DNA of 64,000 nucleotides, taken from assembly GCA_965248195.1 (NCBI GenBank), contig CBDFIQ010000002.1:2816001-2880000 (forward strand). The letters are read 5' to 3'. A program made the position numbers and the translations under genes. Shown here one piece after another: positions 41,001-51,336 of the stretch. The notes beneath the pieces were generated by a model, which worked only from the letters and a program-made list of their open reading frames with translations, was not told where the DNA came from and ran no database searches. Each line of letters starts with the position of its first letter. Positions within the stretch are counted from its first letter, which is position 1. Source of the stretch: Longimicrobiales bacterium. Its GTDB lineage: Bacteria > Gemmatimonadota > Gemmatimonadetes > Longimicrobiales > Gaopeijiaceae.

Positions 41001-44000
41001 CGAGCCAAGCGAGCTTGGCCGCACTCGTACGGCTCCAGGAACAGACCGTCGAGGTACATCGACAGTTCCTGGAATCGCAGGAGCGGACGATCCAAGCCAT
41101 CATCCAGCATCAGGGTCTGGCCGCTCCCGGTGAGGCCGCTACGACAGCCATACCCGCCACTGCACCGGCCGAAACATCGGTCGCCGCACTGGATGACGCA
41201 GGGGTGGAGGCGATCCCCGGCGTGGCGGCAGCGCTGCTCTCGGTGGTTTCGGAAAAGACGGGTTACCCAGAGGAGATGCTCGACCTCTCGATGGGGTTGG
41301 ACGCCGACCTCGGCATCGATTCGATCAAGCGGGTCGAGATCCTTTCAGCTTTGCAGGAGCGCCTTCCTGAGGCCCCCGCCATCACCCCGGAGCACCTGGG
41401 TGAAATCCAGACCCTCGGCCAGATCGTCGATTTCTTGGGTGGATCCCCGGAGGCCGCTAAGCCCGAAGCGCCGGCGCCCGAAGCACCGGCGCCCGAGGCT
41501 CCGACGGTGGACCCTGTGGCGCCAGAGCCACACGAAGCGAGCGGATCAACCACGAATGGTGTCGTCGCGGATACGGCAAACGGGGCTCGCGGCTCCGCGG
41601 ATATTGCGGAGATTCTCTTGGGCGTCGTTGCCGAAAAGACAGGCTACCCCGTGGATATGCTCGATGTCTCGATGAACCTCGACGCCGACCTCGGCATCGA
41701 TTCCATCAAGCGGGTCGAGATCCTGTCCGCCCTTCAGCAGGTCCTTCCAGAGGCCCCCGTCGTGGCCCCGGATCAGTTGGGGGAGTTGCGAACGCTAAGC
41801 CAGATCGTCGACCTCCTGTCGAACGAGGCGGAATCCGTCCCTGCGACTTCTTCGCCCGAACCAGCGGAGCACGTTGCGGAGGGCGCGGCTGATGAAATCC
41901 CGACCAGGGCCGACGATCGGTCCACGTCAGCCGGCATAGAGCGTTTCGTTCCCACGCTCCACCCCGTTCAGGGTACGGGTGACCCCATCGGGCTCCCGGC
42001 AGGCTCCAAGATCTGGGTGACCAAGAGTGGCGATGTCCTATCGGGCCAGATTGTGGAGGAGCTGAGCGCACAGGGGTTCGCAGCGGAAGAGATCGAGTTG
42101 AGCCAAGATGGACATGACCCACCGGACGAACTGGCCGGACTCATCGTCGTCGTGCCCCCTCAGGTCACAGACGAGGACATCCTCTTCGGCTTTGGACGAA
42201 TGCGAGCGATGGCGCCCGTTCTTCGGCGGGCGGCGCTTCAGGGTGGTGCGCTCCTGTGCAGCGTCACCGCCCTCGGCGGTGGTTTCGCCCTCGACGCTCC
42301 ACCGCCCGAAGACGTCGATCCAACCGGTGGCGCCTGGGGGGGGATGCTGAAGACGGCGGCCGCCGAATGGACCGACGTCAATTGCCGGACGATCGACGTC
42401 GATCCCTCCCGGGAGGGTCTCGCCGCGGAGATCGTGCGCCATGCGCTGTCCCAAGGGCCCGTGGAGATCGGCCTGGGTCCCGACGGTCCCCAAACGGTGG
42501 TCCTCGAACCCCAATCGGTTCAGCCTGTGGAGGCGTCGTTCCCCGGCTCGGACGACACGGTGTTGATTACCGGAGGGGCCCGTGGTGTGACCGCCGAGGT
42601 CGCGGTAGCGATGGCGGAGGCCGGGCAGCCGCGTCTCATCCTCATGGGGCGTAGTCCGGAGCCCGAGAAGGAGCCCGATTGGCTGATCGGCCTCAACGGC
42701 GAGGCCGAGATCAAACGGGCGATCCTGACTCACGTGGGACCGAGTATCACCCCCCAGGAGGTTCAGGCCGAATTCAACCGCATCCGCGCTGGTAGGGAGA
42801 TCCGCCGCACCATCGAGCGTATCTCCAAGGCCGGTTCGGAGGTCGCATACCGGTCGGCCGATGTGCGAGACGCCGACGCGGTCCGTCGCACGCTCGCTCC
42901 ACTCATCGAGGAATACGGACCCGTCACGGGGCTTGTACACGGAGCCGGCGTCCTGGCGGACCGAAGTATCGAGGACAAGAGCGACGATGATTTCGCCCGC
43001 GTCTACGGGACCAAGGTCGGGGGGCTCCGCTCGGTGCTGAAGGCCATAGGGGACGGCCCTCTCAAAGCGATGGTGTTTTTCTCGTCCTCGACCGCGCGCT
43101 TCGGACGCCGCGGGCAGGTCGACTACGCGGCGGCAAACGAGGTCCTCAACAAAGTGGCCCGGACGGAAGCAGCAAAGCGGGACGGGTGCCGCGTCGTGTC
43201 GGTCAACTGGGGACCGTGGGACGGAGGAATGGTGACTCCCGGCCTGAGAAGCGTTTTCGCCGACGAAGGGATCGAGGTGATCGGCATGCGTAGGGGTGCG
43301 GCCTACCTCCTCGACGAGATCGCCACAGCCGACGGGCCCGCCGAGGTGCTCATTCTGGGGAGCGGATCGCAGGTCCCTGAGGTCGGATTGCTCCCAGTCC
43401 CGGGAGGGAATGGCGTACACACGGCCGCGAGCGGCGCGGGCACCGGGAGGAACGGGACCGGAGCCGCCGAAAACGGAGTCACGGCTCCCGAAAACGGGGC
43501 CGCAGCTGGGCCTTTCGCGGAGTTACCTACGGTGTTCGAGCGCACCATCACCACGGACACGCATGAATTCATGACGTCGCACGTGCTCGACGGCCGTGCG
43601 GTGCTACCGGCCGCGATGACGCTCGAGTGGCTGGCCCACGCCGCCCTCCATGGAAACCCCGGATTACGCTTCGTTGGCGTCGACGACCTACGTGTATTCA
43701 GGGGAGTCCTGGTTCAACCCAACGAGTCCTTGCGGGTCCGTGTTTGCGCGGACAAGGCACAAAAGCGGGGCGACGAATTCCATGTCGTGGCCGAGCTCTC
43801 CAGTGGCGGCAGCAATGGGCGCCGGGTTCTGCACGCGCGAGCCGCGGTCGTGTTGGCCGCCAATCCACTAGAAGCCGGTACCGCCAAGACCTCGAGCGAC
43901 CTCCCCGCCCTGGATCAGTCGATCGAGGCGATTTACGCCGAAACGCTCTTCCATGGTCCCAAAATGCGAGGACTGGTGGAGGTCGAAAGTTGTGGGGACG

Positions 44001-44392
44001 CTGGGCTGGTGGCACGCTGCCGCGTGGCTCCACCTCCGCGGGACTGGATGGACGAGCCGGTGCGGAGCCGGTGGATCGCCGATCCGCTCGCCGTGGACAG
44101 TGGCCTCCAGGCGATGATCGTCTGGACCTCCGACCGTGTGGGCGAGTTGTCATTGCCCTCACGGTTCACGCGCTATCGCCAGTTCGTATCATCCTTCCCC
44201 AAGGAGGGGGCCCGCATCGTCATCGACGTGCACGAGCGGACGAACGGAAAGGTCGTTTCCGATATCGATTGGATCGGCGATGACGGAGCGTTGATCGCCC
44301 GCCTGGAAGGGTACGAATCCGTGGTGGACTCTTCTCTGGGCAAGGCGTTCCGTCACAACCGACTCGACGAGAGCGCACCCACGAAGGCGTAA
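38045..44392 (+). CDS. pfaA: PfaA-like iterative PKS/FAS (KS-MAT-ACP-ACP-KR-DH)
   Basis: DSACASS, EAHGTGT, GHTKAAAG; GHSYG, AFHS; two LGIDSIKRVEI ACP motifs; TGGARGVT, YAAAN; HVLDG-x3-LP. Confidence 0.92.
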   Translation: MSDRNEDRAAAQSPIAIVGMSCLFPGASGLREYWANVRDGFDAITDVPASHWSVGDYFDADPSAPDMTYGRRGGFLDAVDFDPMGFGISPRDLEATDSTQLLGMHVAREALRDAGYGADGLVFDRERTSVILGVSGTLPLVIPLGARLGHPIWRRALAEAGVDPETGEDVIARIADGYVPWQENSFPGLLANVVAGRIANTLDLHGTNCIVDSACASSLSAIHLASLELEAGRADMVLSGGLDTFNDIFMYMCFSKTPALSASGNAQPFSQQADGTILGEGVGVVALKRLADAERDGDRIYAVIKGLGSSSDGKGQAVYAPSPEGQARALREAYRNAGVTPDTVGLVEAHGTGTVVGDATEARGLTSVYGDTSREGAWCALGSVKSMIGHTKAAAGAAGLIKAVMALHHKILPPTIKVEIPNKAVTPGETPFYVNTEKRPWVPEGGHPRRAGVSAFGFGGSNFHCVVEEYESRAAAVDWDGRDQIFAFSAESREALASKLKDFDAGSEWAEIRGRAAETREGFDASHEARLLIVAERDGKSPADLIALALVRLEESPSAWSLPQGIFFGSGSSKGGWAACFPGQGAQYVGMLREVVCRFPVAADALAAATEATPGLADKIYPHPAFDDDGRAEQEADLRATQSAQPALGAVSLGAFRVLEQFGIAPDATCGHSYGELVALCAAGRMSPSELHGLSSLRGHLMTVGDGDRGSMLAVSAECDRVQALIRKHELDLVVANHNAPRQVVLSGVTDEIHRAADILSDEGIRTKKLAVSAAFHSPLVAEAAEPFTEHVKGVKLTRSAVPVYANTTGTRYPATPAGARKVLSRQLASPVDFVRCVKAMFDDGVRTFIEVGPSGRLSGLIREILADEEITVAAVDASSGQRPGLVDLARMLAQLAAAGHAVALDRWDEGALEAWRREAAREKPALTVKISGANHVTERPKRPPRAAAPTAVPTAAAPVASAPPAFEPATTVTSDPEVLAEAMRASQASLAALVRLQEQTVEVHRQFLESQERTIQAIIQHQGLAAPGEAATTAIPATAPAETSVAALDDAGVEAIPGVAAALLSVVSEKTGYPEEMLDLSMGLDADLGIDSIKRVEILSALQERLPEAPAITPEHLGEIQTLGQIVDFLGGSPEAAKPEAPAPEAPAPEAPTVDPVAPEPHEASGSTTNGVVADTANGARGSADIAEILLGVVAEKTGYPVDMLDVSMNLDADLGIDSIKRVEILSALQQVLPEAPVVAPDQLGELRTLSQIVDLLSNEAESVPATSSPEPAEHVAEGAADEIPTRADDRSTSAGIERFVPTLHPVQGTGDPIGLPAGSKIWVTKSGDVLSGQIVEELSAQGFAAEEIELSQDGHDPPDELAGLIVVVPPQVTDEDILFGFGRMRAMAPVLRRAALQGGALLCSVTALGGGFALDAPPPEDVDPTGGAWGGMLKTAAAEWTDVNCRTIDVDPSREGLAAEIVRHALSQGPVEIGLGPDGPQTVVLEPQSVQPVEASFPGSDDTVLITGGARGVTAEVAVAMAEAGQPRLILMGRSPEPEKEPDWLIGLNGEAEIKRAILTHVGPSITPQEVQAEFNRIRAGREIRRTIERISKAGSEVAYRSADVRDADAVRRTLAPLIEEYGPVTGLVHGAGVLADRSIEDKSDDDFARVYGTKVGGLRSVLKAIGDGPLKAMVFFSSSTARFGRRGQVDYAAANEVLNKVARTEAAKRDGCRVVSVNWGPWDGGMVTPGLRSVFADEGIEVIGMRRGAAYLLDEIATADGPAEVLILGSGSQVPEVGLLPVPGGNGVHTAASGAGTGRNGTGAAENGVTAPENGAAAGPFAELPTVFERTITTDTHEFMTSHVLDGRAVLPAAMTLEWLAHAALHGNPGLRFVGVDDLRVFRGVLVQPNESLRVRVCADKAQKRGDEFHVVAELSSGGSNGRRVLHARAAVVLAANPLEAGTAKTSSDLPALDQSIEAIYAETLFHGPKMRGLVEVESCGDAGLVARCRVAPPPRDWMDEPVRSRWIADPLAVDSGLQAMIVWTSDRVGELSLPSRFTRYRQFVSSFPKEGARIVIDVHERTNGKVVSDIDWIGDDGALIARLEGYESVVDSSLGKAFRHNRLDESAPTKA
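41461..41505 (+). repeat. 15-nt x3 tandem repeat (PEAPA) in the inter-ACP linker
   Basis: gcccgaagcgccggc / gcccgaagcaccggc / gcccgaggctccgac. Confidence 0.75.
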
Positions 44393-44397
44393 TCCGC

Positions 44398-47300
44398 ATG
44401 CCCGAGCCGATTGCCATCGTCGGACTCGGAGCGGTGCTTCCCGGCGCCCCGACGCTCGACGATTTCTGGAGTGTCGTTGAGGCGGGGGTGGACACGGCCT
44501 CCGATCCACCCTCCGACCGCTGGTGCCTTGATCCCGATCGTGCCTACTCGACGGACCAGGCACAACCCGATCGTGTCCACTCTCGACGTGCCTGCTTCGT
44601 CCGTGATTTCCAACTCGACATCCAAGGAATCTACCTTCCTCCGGAGTTGGTCGAATCTCTCGATCCCATGGTACACCTGGCGCTGCACGCCGGGCGGCAG
44701 GCTTGGCTCGACTCCGTAACGGATCCGGTCGATCCCGCTCGTGTGGGCGTGATGCTGGGCAACATCGTCCTCCCCACGGCGTCTGCCTCCGCGATGGCGG
44801 AATGGATTCTCGGCCGGCGCCATGAGCGAGAGCTCTTCCGGGCGGCGGGTGTGCCAACACCCCCTGAGACGCGGGCACCTGTGGCCGCGATAAACCGATG
44901 GGTCGCGGGCCTCCCAGCGGCGATGCTGGCCAAGGGGTTGGGACTCGGGGGCGATCGATTCTGCATCGACGCCGCCTGTTCGTCGTCGCTTTTTACCGTG
45001 GAGCTCGCGGTGGACGCTCTACGGCAAGGACGCCTCGACGCGGTCCTCGCCGGCGGGCTGTCGCGACCGGATTCGCTCTACACGCAGATGGGGTTTTCGC
45101 AGCTGCTCGCCGTCTCGCCTACGGGCCGGTGCTCTCCGTTCGACCGTAAGAGCGACGGCCTGGTTGTGGGCGAGGGAGCCGGCGTACTGGTGCTGAAGCG
45201 TCTGTCCGACGCACGACGGCAGGGCGATCGAGTCCGTGCGGTCATCCACTCGGTCGGGCTTTCCAACGATGTCGAGGGCAGTCTCCTCGCTCCCAGCCGA
45301 GAGGGACAGTTGCGCGCCATGCGGGGAGCCTACGAAGCGGCAGGGTGGACCCCGAGCCAGGTCGAGATGGTCGAGTGCCATGCGACGGGCACCCCGGTCG
45401 GAGATTCTGTCGAGTTCGCGAGCCTCCAGGCGCTTTGGACCGAGGAGAAGTACGAACCCGGCCAGTGTGTGATCGGGTCGGCCAAATCGAACACCGGCCA
45501 TCTACTCACCGGAGCAGGAGCCGTCGGCCTCCTTAAGACGGTGCTGGCGATGGAGAATCGGGTTCTCCCACCCACAGCAAATTTCGAAAAGCCCGGGCAC
45601 AACATCGATCTTGATGGAAGTCCGTTTCGTGTGCTCGCCGCGGCCGATCCGTGGAGGTCTCGCCCCGATCACCCGCGCCGGGCGGCGGTCAGCGGCTTCG
45701 GCTTCGGAGGGACCAACGCCCACGTGCTCCTGGAGGAGCCGACCGAACCGAGCCGAGGACGGTCGGTCGTCAGTGTCGCCGAGCAGCCTCCCGCCACGAA
45801 GGGCGCAAGTGTAGCCATCGTCGGGATGGGGGCTCGAGTCGGTCCGTGGAAGAACCTCGTCGAGGTCGGAGACCGGTTGATGGGCCGAGGCGAAAATCAT
45901 CCCGTCCGGGCCAAGGTGAACCACTGGGGTTTTCCGGACGCGCCCGTCGGATGGTTCATCGAGGAGCTCGAGATTCCGATCGGTCGATTCAAGATCCCTC
46001 CCCGGGAGGTCGAAGAGGCCCTTCCCCAACAGATGCTCATGCTTCAGATAGCGGAGCAAGCGATCGCCGACGCGGATCTCACCGAGGTCGATCGCCTTCG
46101 GACCGGCGTCTTCATCGGGGTCGAACTCGACCTCAACACGACGAACTACCACCTCCGTTGGGCGGTGCGGTCACGTGCGACCGATTGGGCGCAACGACTC
46201 GGTCGCCGCTCGAACGGTGACGCGTTCGACCGATGGGTGGACGAGCTCTGCGATTCGCTCACACCCGCGCTCAACGCAAACCGAACGATCGGCGGGCTCG
46301 GTTCGATCGCAGCCAGCCGTATCGCCCGGGAGTTCGGACTGGGCGGACCCAGCTACGTGATATCCAGCGAAGAGACCTCCGGCCTCTCCGCCCTCCACGC
46401 CGCATCCCGCACGCTCCAGCAGGGACGTATCGATTGCGCCATCGTCGGGGCGGTCGACCTGGCAGGGGATGTGCGTTCCCTGATCTCCATCGAGAGCACC
46501 GACGGCTTGGCCACGCCCGGCCCTTCAGGGCCGGCTGACGGAGCTTCGGCCGGGATCGTACCTAGCGACGGCGCCGTCGCGCTCGTATTGAAGCGCCCAG
46601 CGGACGCCGCCCGCGACGGCGACCGTGTGTATGCGCTCGTACGGGCGATCGGGACCGCCGGCGGCGACCCGAGCTCGCCCCATTCGGATTCTTACGAATC
46701 GGACTCTTCGGTCAGAGAAGCGATTCGCAGAAGCTGTGAAGACGCCGACGTTGCCGTGCGGGACATCCCGTACGTAGAGATGCACGGTTGCGGTGTCTCC
46801 GGTCGCGACCGCGCCGAAATGACCGCGCTTTCCGAGGCTTTCGGGCCGGACACAGTGCTCGGTTGTACGAAGGCCCGAGTCGGGCACACCGGGGCTTCAG
46901 CCGGCCTCCTATCCGTACTGGGCGCCACGCTCTCGCTTTACCGAAAGGTTTTGCCGGCCGCCGCGGGACATAACGGCACGGGGCTCACCCCGTTGGGCGA
47001 CCCCACACCTTGGGTTCGCGATCGCATCGACGGTCCGCGTCGAACCGGCGTCCTCGCGGTCTCGCGTGGCGAGTCGTGCTCCCATGTGATCCTGGAGGAA
47101 TCCGAGGTGGAAGCGGCGCCGAAGTCCCAGTCCGGGGCCGAGGCGCGGACGGCCGCATCGGGTGGCAGTCTTCCGCTGAGCGAAGGGCTTTTCGTCGTCG
47201 AAGGAGACGACGATGCGGAAATCGTGGCCGGTCTACGGGAGCTTCAGAACATCGGCACTGAGGCTGCGACCGACGTTGCCCCTGACGCTGCGACCGACGC

Positions 47301-50300
47301 TGCCACTAACGCTGCCCCCGACGCCCATCGGGTCGGGGCGGCGGCTATCCACCTACTCGCGAAGAGCTGGTGGAACAGCCTCCCCAGCCGCCCCGATGCC
47401 CGCCTCGCCATCACCCTGATCGCTCGAGATGCTCGCGAGCTGAGGGCACTAGGCCGGTCCGCAGCAGACCAACTCGAGCGAGGAGACGACCCATCGGACC
47501 GGAGCGCCGGCCGTGTGTTTTTCTCGCGGGACCCCCTTGGGCCGGGGGGAGAATTGGCCTTCGTCTACCCCGGATCAGGAAACCAATATGCCGGAATGGG
47601 ACGCGAACTCTGCCTACAGTGGCCTGAGATTCTTCGCGCTCAAGACCAGCGAAATGAACGGCTGAGATCGCAGCTCAAGGCCGCTGAGATCTGGGGAGTC
47701 GGATCGGACATCGGAGACGCCAGGACCGTCATTCTTGCCCAGGTCGCTTTCGGCACGATCGGCACGGATCTCATGGCCGGCTTCGGCGTTCATCCCGACG
47801 CGATCGTAGGCTACTCCCTTGGTGAGACCGCCGGACTCTTCTCGGTTGGCGCGTGGCATGAACGGGACGAGATGCTCCGACGCGTGACAGAGCGAGAGTT
47901 GTTCGTCAGCGATTTGACGGGACCCTGCAACGCCGCGCGAAGAGCCTGGGGCATCGCGGAGGACGCGGAGGTGGACTGGAGCGTCGGCGTGGTAGAGACG
48001 CCGGCCGATCGGGCCCGTAAGGTCATAGCGAAGCTCGACCGGGTGTATTTGCTCATCGTAAACACGCCAAGCGAATGCGTGATCGGAGGCGAACGCTCGG
48101 CGGTCCGGAAAGCCGTCGAGATGCTGGGGGGTGCCTTCCACGCCCTGGAGGGCGTCCCGACCGTGCATTGTGAGGTCGCCGAGGAGGTATCGGAGGCGTA
48201 CCGCGACCTGCATGTGTTGGACACACGCCCGCCGGAGGGCATGCGTTTTTACAGCGGAGCGTGGGGTAAGGCGTACGAAGTGGATCAGGATCGGGCGGCG
48301 GACTCTCTCTTGGCCCAGGCGATCCAGGGAGTGGACTTCCCCAAGACCGTAAGACAGGCCTATGACGACGGCGTGAGAATCTTCTTGGAGATGGGCCCGG
48401 GCGGATCGTGCGCCCGGATGATCCACAAGATTCTCGATGGCGTGCCGTTCCGGGCAGGCTCGATCTCCTCTGCCACGCAGGATGAGCCCTCCGCGGTCCT
48501 CCGAGCACTCGGGATGCTCATCGCGGAGCGCGTCCCGGTCGATCTGGCGCAGCTTTACCCGGGGGGCAGCCTGGTGGAGCACGAGTCGGGGCCCGTCATT
48601 CGGATTCCGGTCGGGCAGGCAAGCTTCGGGCCTTTGCCGCTCGCTTTCCCATCCCCGACCCGTTCCCCGTCCCCGATCCCTTTCCCATCCCCGATCCCTT
48701 CCCCATCCCCGATCCCTTCACCCAGGGACTGGGCGATCGTCTCGCCTGGCCTGAGCGAAGCCGTCCGAGCGGCTGAGACCACGATCCAGGCCCACGAAGC
48801 GTTCCTCCGAACCGCGCAACGGACCCAGGAGCTCGCTCAGGGCGAGTACGCCAGACAGCAAGGACTGATTCGGGCCATGGCGGGTGATGGCACTGCGCCC
48901 GCCCCGCTTCCCGCCCGTACGATGGCGATGGATCGCGACCAGCTCATGGAGTTCGCGATCGGATCGATCGGCCGCGCCCTCGGAGAGCGCTTCGCTCACG
49001 TAGACGAACACCCGACGCGGGTTCGTCTTCCGGATGAGCCGCTCATGCTCGTCGACCGTGTCACGAACATCGAGGCCGAACCACAATCGATGACGTCGGG
49101 GCGGATCGTCACCGAGCATGACGTTCTCGAGGGTGGGTGGTATCTCGACGGTGGGCGACTCCCGACGTGCGTCGCCGTTGAGGCAGGCCAAGCCGATCTT
49201 CTTCTTTCGGGCTACCTGGGGATCGACTCGGAGACCCAGGGCCTAGCCGTTTATCGGCTTCTCGACGCGGTGGTCACCTTCCACTCCGAGCTGCCGCATC
49301 CCGGACAAGTCATCCAATACGACATCCGCATTCTCCGCTTCTTCCGCCAGGGCGACACCTGGCTTTTCCGCTTCCAGTTCGACTCCACCGTGAACGGCCG
49401 GCCGCTCCTGACGATGCGCGAGGGGACGGCAGGCTTCTTCACCAAGGGCGAGCTCGACGCCGGCAAAGGGATCGTCCGTAGTGGAATCGACGAACAGGAC
49501 CTGGCTGGAAGCCGCCCCACCGACTGGCGGGACCTGGTACCGATGGGAGAGGACTCCTTCAGCGACGCACGACTGGAGGCACTTCGTGCGGGAGACCTGA
49601 TCGGCGCCTTCGGAAAGGCTTTCTCGGGTCTGCCGGTGACACGGCCGCTTACGATCCCAGGAGAACGTATGCGGCTGGTCCACCGCGTCACCGAGCTCGA
49701 TCCCGAAGGAGGGCGGTACGGGATCGGCAGTATCGTGGCGGAGGCGGACATCCAACCCGACGACTGGTTCCTCACGTGCCACTTCTCCGACGACCAGGTG
49801 ATGCCGGGCACCCTGATGTACGAATGCTGCTTGCACACGCTCCGAATTTTTCTCCTACGCATGGGTTGGATCGCCGAAGCGGACAGCGCGACGTGGCAGC
49901 CCATCGTGGATGTCAGGAGCCGACTTCGGTGCCGGGGCCAGGTGCTCCCCTCCACGAAGAAGGTCAGGTACGAGATCCATTTGCGTGAGTTGGGCTATCA
50001 GCCGGAGCCCTACACGATCGCCGATGCGCTCATGTACGCGGACGGAAAGCCGGTCGTGGAGATCCGCGACATGTCCGTCCGCCTGACCGGCACGGACCGG
50101 CGGAGGATTGAGGAGATGTGGGCGGACCGAAGGCCAGGTCGGGAGTCGGCCCCTAGGCCCATCGAGTCCTCGACGGGCGATGTCCGGCTCGCGAAGCCCG
50201 ATAGCACGCCTCTCTACGACAAGAACACCATCCTCGCGTTCGGCAGCGGCAAACCCTCCGAGGCGTTCGGAGCCGCGTACCGCGTCTTCGACGAAGGAGA

Positions 50301-51336
50301 CCGCCGCATCGCGCGGCTACCCCGTCCTCCGTATCAGTTCCTGGATCGGATCTCGGCGGTCGAGGGAGACCCGTTCGTGATGCAAGCCGGTGCGAGCGTC
50401 ACCGCCCACTTCGACGTGCGTGCGGATCACTGGTATTTCGGGAGCAATCGCCAACCCGAAATGCCGTTTGCGGTCCTCCTCGAAGTGGCCCTTCAGCCGT
50501 GCGGATGGCTGGCAGCCTACGTGGGATCGGCCTTGACGTCCGCCGAAAACCTTCGATTCCGCAATCTCGGTGGAGAGGCGATCCAGCTGGCGCGCCTGAA
50601 GGCCTCCGAGGATGTGATCACGACGCGGGTCGATCTGACAAGCGTGTCTACGTCGGGCGGTATGATCATACAGCACTACACCATGGCCCTTGAGAGCGAG
50701 CGGCTCGGGGCTCTTTATGAGGGCACGACCTACTTCGGCTTCTTCTCCGACCAGGCCCTGGCGGACCAGGTCGGCATTCGTGACGTGCCCATCCACGAGC
50801 CCACGCCGGCCGAGAGGGAAAGAGGCCATAGCCTGGTAATGCCGCACACCCCGCCCTTCCCCGAACCAAGGTTTCGCATGATCGATCAGATCGACCTCCT
50901 CGTGGCCGACGGCGGCGCCGACGGACTCGGGTGGGTGCACGGTTCGATCACCGTCGATCCCAGCGCTTGGTTTTTCGAGGCTCACTTCTACCAGGATCCG
51001 GTTTGGCCCGGCTCGCTGGGCCTCGAGGCCTTCATTCAGTTGCTCAAGGTGTACGCCGTGGACCGGTGGGACCTGGGGGAGCGCGCGGAGTTCGCGACGA
51101 TGACCCGTGGAGAGAACGCCGGTGCAGAAACGGCCAAGCCAGAGAACACTGGCGGACTCCGGCATCGCTGGACGTACCGCGGACAGATCATCCCGGGTTG
51201 CGAGCGGGTAGAGGTTTTCGCCAGCATCACGGAGGTGGACGACGTACGGAAGCGCGTGCGCGCCGACGGATTTCTCACGGTAGACGGCCGAACGATCTAC
51301 ACGATGAACGATTTTGGCTTGGATGTGATGGCTTGA
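44398..51336 (+). CDS. pfaBC: PfaBC-like protein (KS-CLF-AT-FabA-type DH domains)
   Basis: DAACSSS, ECHATGT; second KS with Glu in place of Cys (SSEETS); GYSLG; CHFSDDQVMPG and AHFYQDPVWPG. Confidence 0.9.
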   Translation: MPEPIAIVGLGAVLPGAPTLDDFWSVVEAGVDTASDPPSDRWCLDPDRAYSTDQAQPDRVHSRRACFVRDFQLDIQGIYLPPELVESLDPMVHLALHAGRQAWLDSVTDPVDPARVGVMLGNIVLPTASASAMAEWILGRRHERELFRAAGVPTPPETRAPVAAINRWVAGLPAAMLAKGLGLGGDRFCIDAACSSSLFTVELAVDALRQGRLDAVLAGGLSRPDSLYTQMGFSQLLAVSPTGRCSPFDRKSDGLVVGEGAGVLVLKRLSDARRQGDRVRAVIHSVGLSNDVEGSLLAPSREGQLRAMRGAYEAAGWTPSQVEMVECHATGTPVGDSVEFASLQALWTEEKYEPGQCVIGSAKSNTGHLLTGAGAVGLLKTVLAMENRVLPPTANFEKPGHNIDLDGSPFRVLAAADPWRSRPDHPRRAAVSGFGFGGTNAHVLLEEPTEPSRGRSVVSVAEQPPATKGASVAIVGMGARVGPWKNLVEVGDRLMGRGENHPVRAKVNHWGFPDAPVGWFIEELEIPIGRFKIPPREVEEALPQQMLMLQIAEQAIADADLTEVDRLRTGVFIGVELDLNTTNYHLRWAVRSRATDWAQRLGRRSNGDAFDRWVDELCDSLTPALNANRTIGGLGSIAASRIAREFGLGGPSYVISSEETSGLSALHAASRTLQQGRIDCAIVGAVDLAGDVRSLISIESTDGLATPGPSGPADGASAGIVPSDGAVALVLKRPADAARDGDRVYALVRAIGTAGGDPSSPHSDSYESDSSVREAIRRSCEDADVAVRDIPYVEMHGCGVSGRDRAEMTALSEAFGPDTVLGCTKARVGHTGASAGLLSVLGATLSLYRKVLPAAAGHNGTGLTPLGDPTPWVRDRIDGPRRTGVLAVSRGESCSHVILEESEVEAAPKSQSGAEARTAASGGSLPLSEGLFVVEGDDDAEIVAGLRELQNIGTEAATDVAPDAATDAATNAAPDAHRVGAAAIHLLAKSWWNSLPSRPDARLAITLIARDARELRALGRSAADQLERGDDPSDRSAGRVFFSRDPLGPGGELAFVYPGSGNQYAGMGRELCLQWPEILRAQDQRNERLRSQLKAAEIWGVGSDIGDARTVILAQVAFGTIGTDLMAGFGVHPDAIVGYSLGETAGLFSVGAWHERDEMLRRVTERELFVSDLTGPCNAARRAWGIAEDAEVDWSVGVVETPADRARKVIAKLDRVYLLIVNTPSECVIGGERSAVRKAVEMLGGAFHALEGVPTVHCEVAEEVSEAYRDLHVLDTRPPEGMRFYSGAWGKAYEVDQDRAADSLLAQAIQGVDFPKTVRQAYDDGVRIFLEMGPGGSCARMIHKILDGVPFRAGSISSATQDEPSAVLRALGMLIAERVPVDLAQLYPGGSLVEHESGPVIRIPVGQASFGPLPLAFPSPTRSPSPIPFPSPIPSPSPIPSPRDWAIVSPGLSEAVRAAETTIQAHEAFLRTAQRTQELAQGEYARQQGLIRAMAGDGTAPAPLPARTMAMDRDQLMEFAIGSIGRALGERFAHVDEHPTRVRLPDEPLMLVDRVTNIEAEPQSMTSGRIVTEHDVLEGGWYLDGGRLPTCVAVEAGQADLLLSGYLGIDSETQGLAVYRLLDAVVTFHSELPHPGQVIQYDIRILRFFRQGDTWLFRFQFDSTVNGRPLLTMREGTAGFFTKGELDAGKGIVRSGIDEQDLAGSRPTDWRDLVPMGEDSFSDARLEALRAGDLIGAFGKAFSGLPVTRPLTIPGERMRLVHRVTELDPEGGRYGIGSIVAEADIQPDDWFLTCHFSDDQVMPGTLMYECCLHTLRIFLLRMGWIAEADSATWQPIVDVRSRLRCRGQVLPSTKKVRYEIHLRELGYQPEPYTIADALMYADGKPVVEIRDMSVRLTGTDRRRIEEMWADRRPGRESAPRPIESSTGDVRLAKPDSTPLYDKNTILAFGSGKPSEAFGAAYRVFDEGDRRIARLPRPPYQFLDRISAVEGDPFVMQAGASVTAHFDVRADHWYFGSNRQPEMPFAVLLEVALQPCGWLAAYVGSALTSAENLRFRNLGGEAIQLARLKASEDVITTRVDLTSVSTSGGMIIQHYTMALESERLGALYEGTTYFGFFSDQALADQVGIRDVPIHEPTPAERERGHSLVMPHTPPFPEPRFRMIDQIDLLVADGGADGLGWVHGSITVDPSAWFFEAHFYQDPVWPGSLGLEAFIQLLKVYAVDRWDLGERAEFATMTRGENAGAETAKPENTGGLRHRWTYRGQIIPGCERVEVFASITEVDDVRKRVRADGFLTVDGRTIYTMNDFGLDVMA
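47263..47322 (+). repeat. 12-nt x5 degenerate repeat (AATD/AAPD) in PfaBC
   Basis: gctgcgaccgac-type units. Confidence 0.7.
48646..48717 (+). repeat. 18-nt x4 tandem repeat (F/S-PSPIP) in the PfaBC linker
   Basis: ttcccatccccgatccct-type units. Confidence 0.8.

Noticed and set aside
48646..48717. Tandem repeats as a CRISPR array
   Set aside because: No spacers, in-frame inside a CDS, and no cas genes
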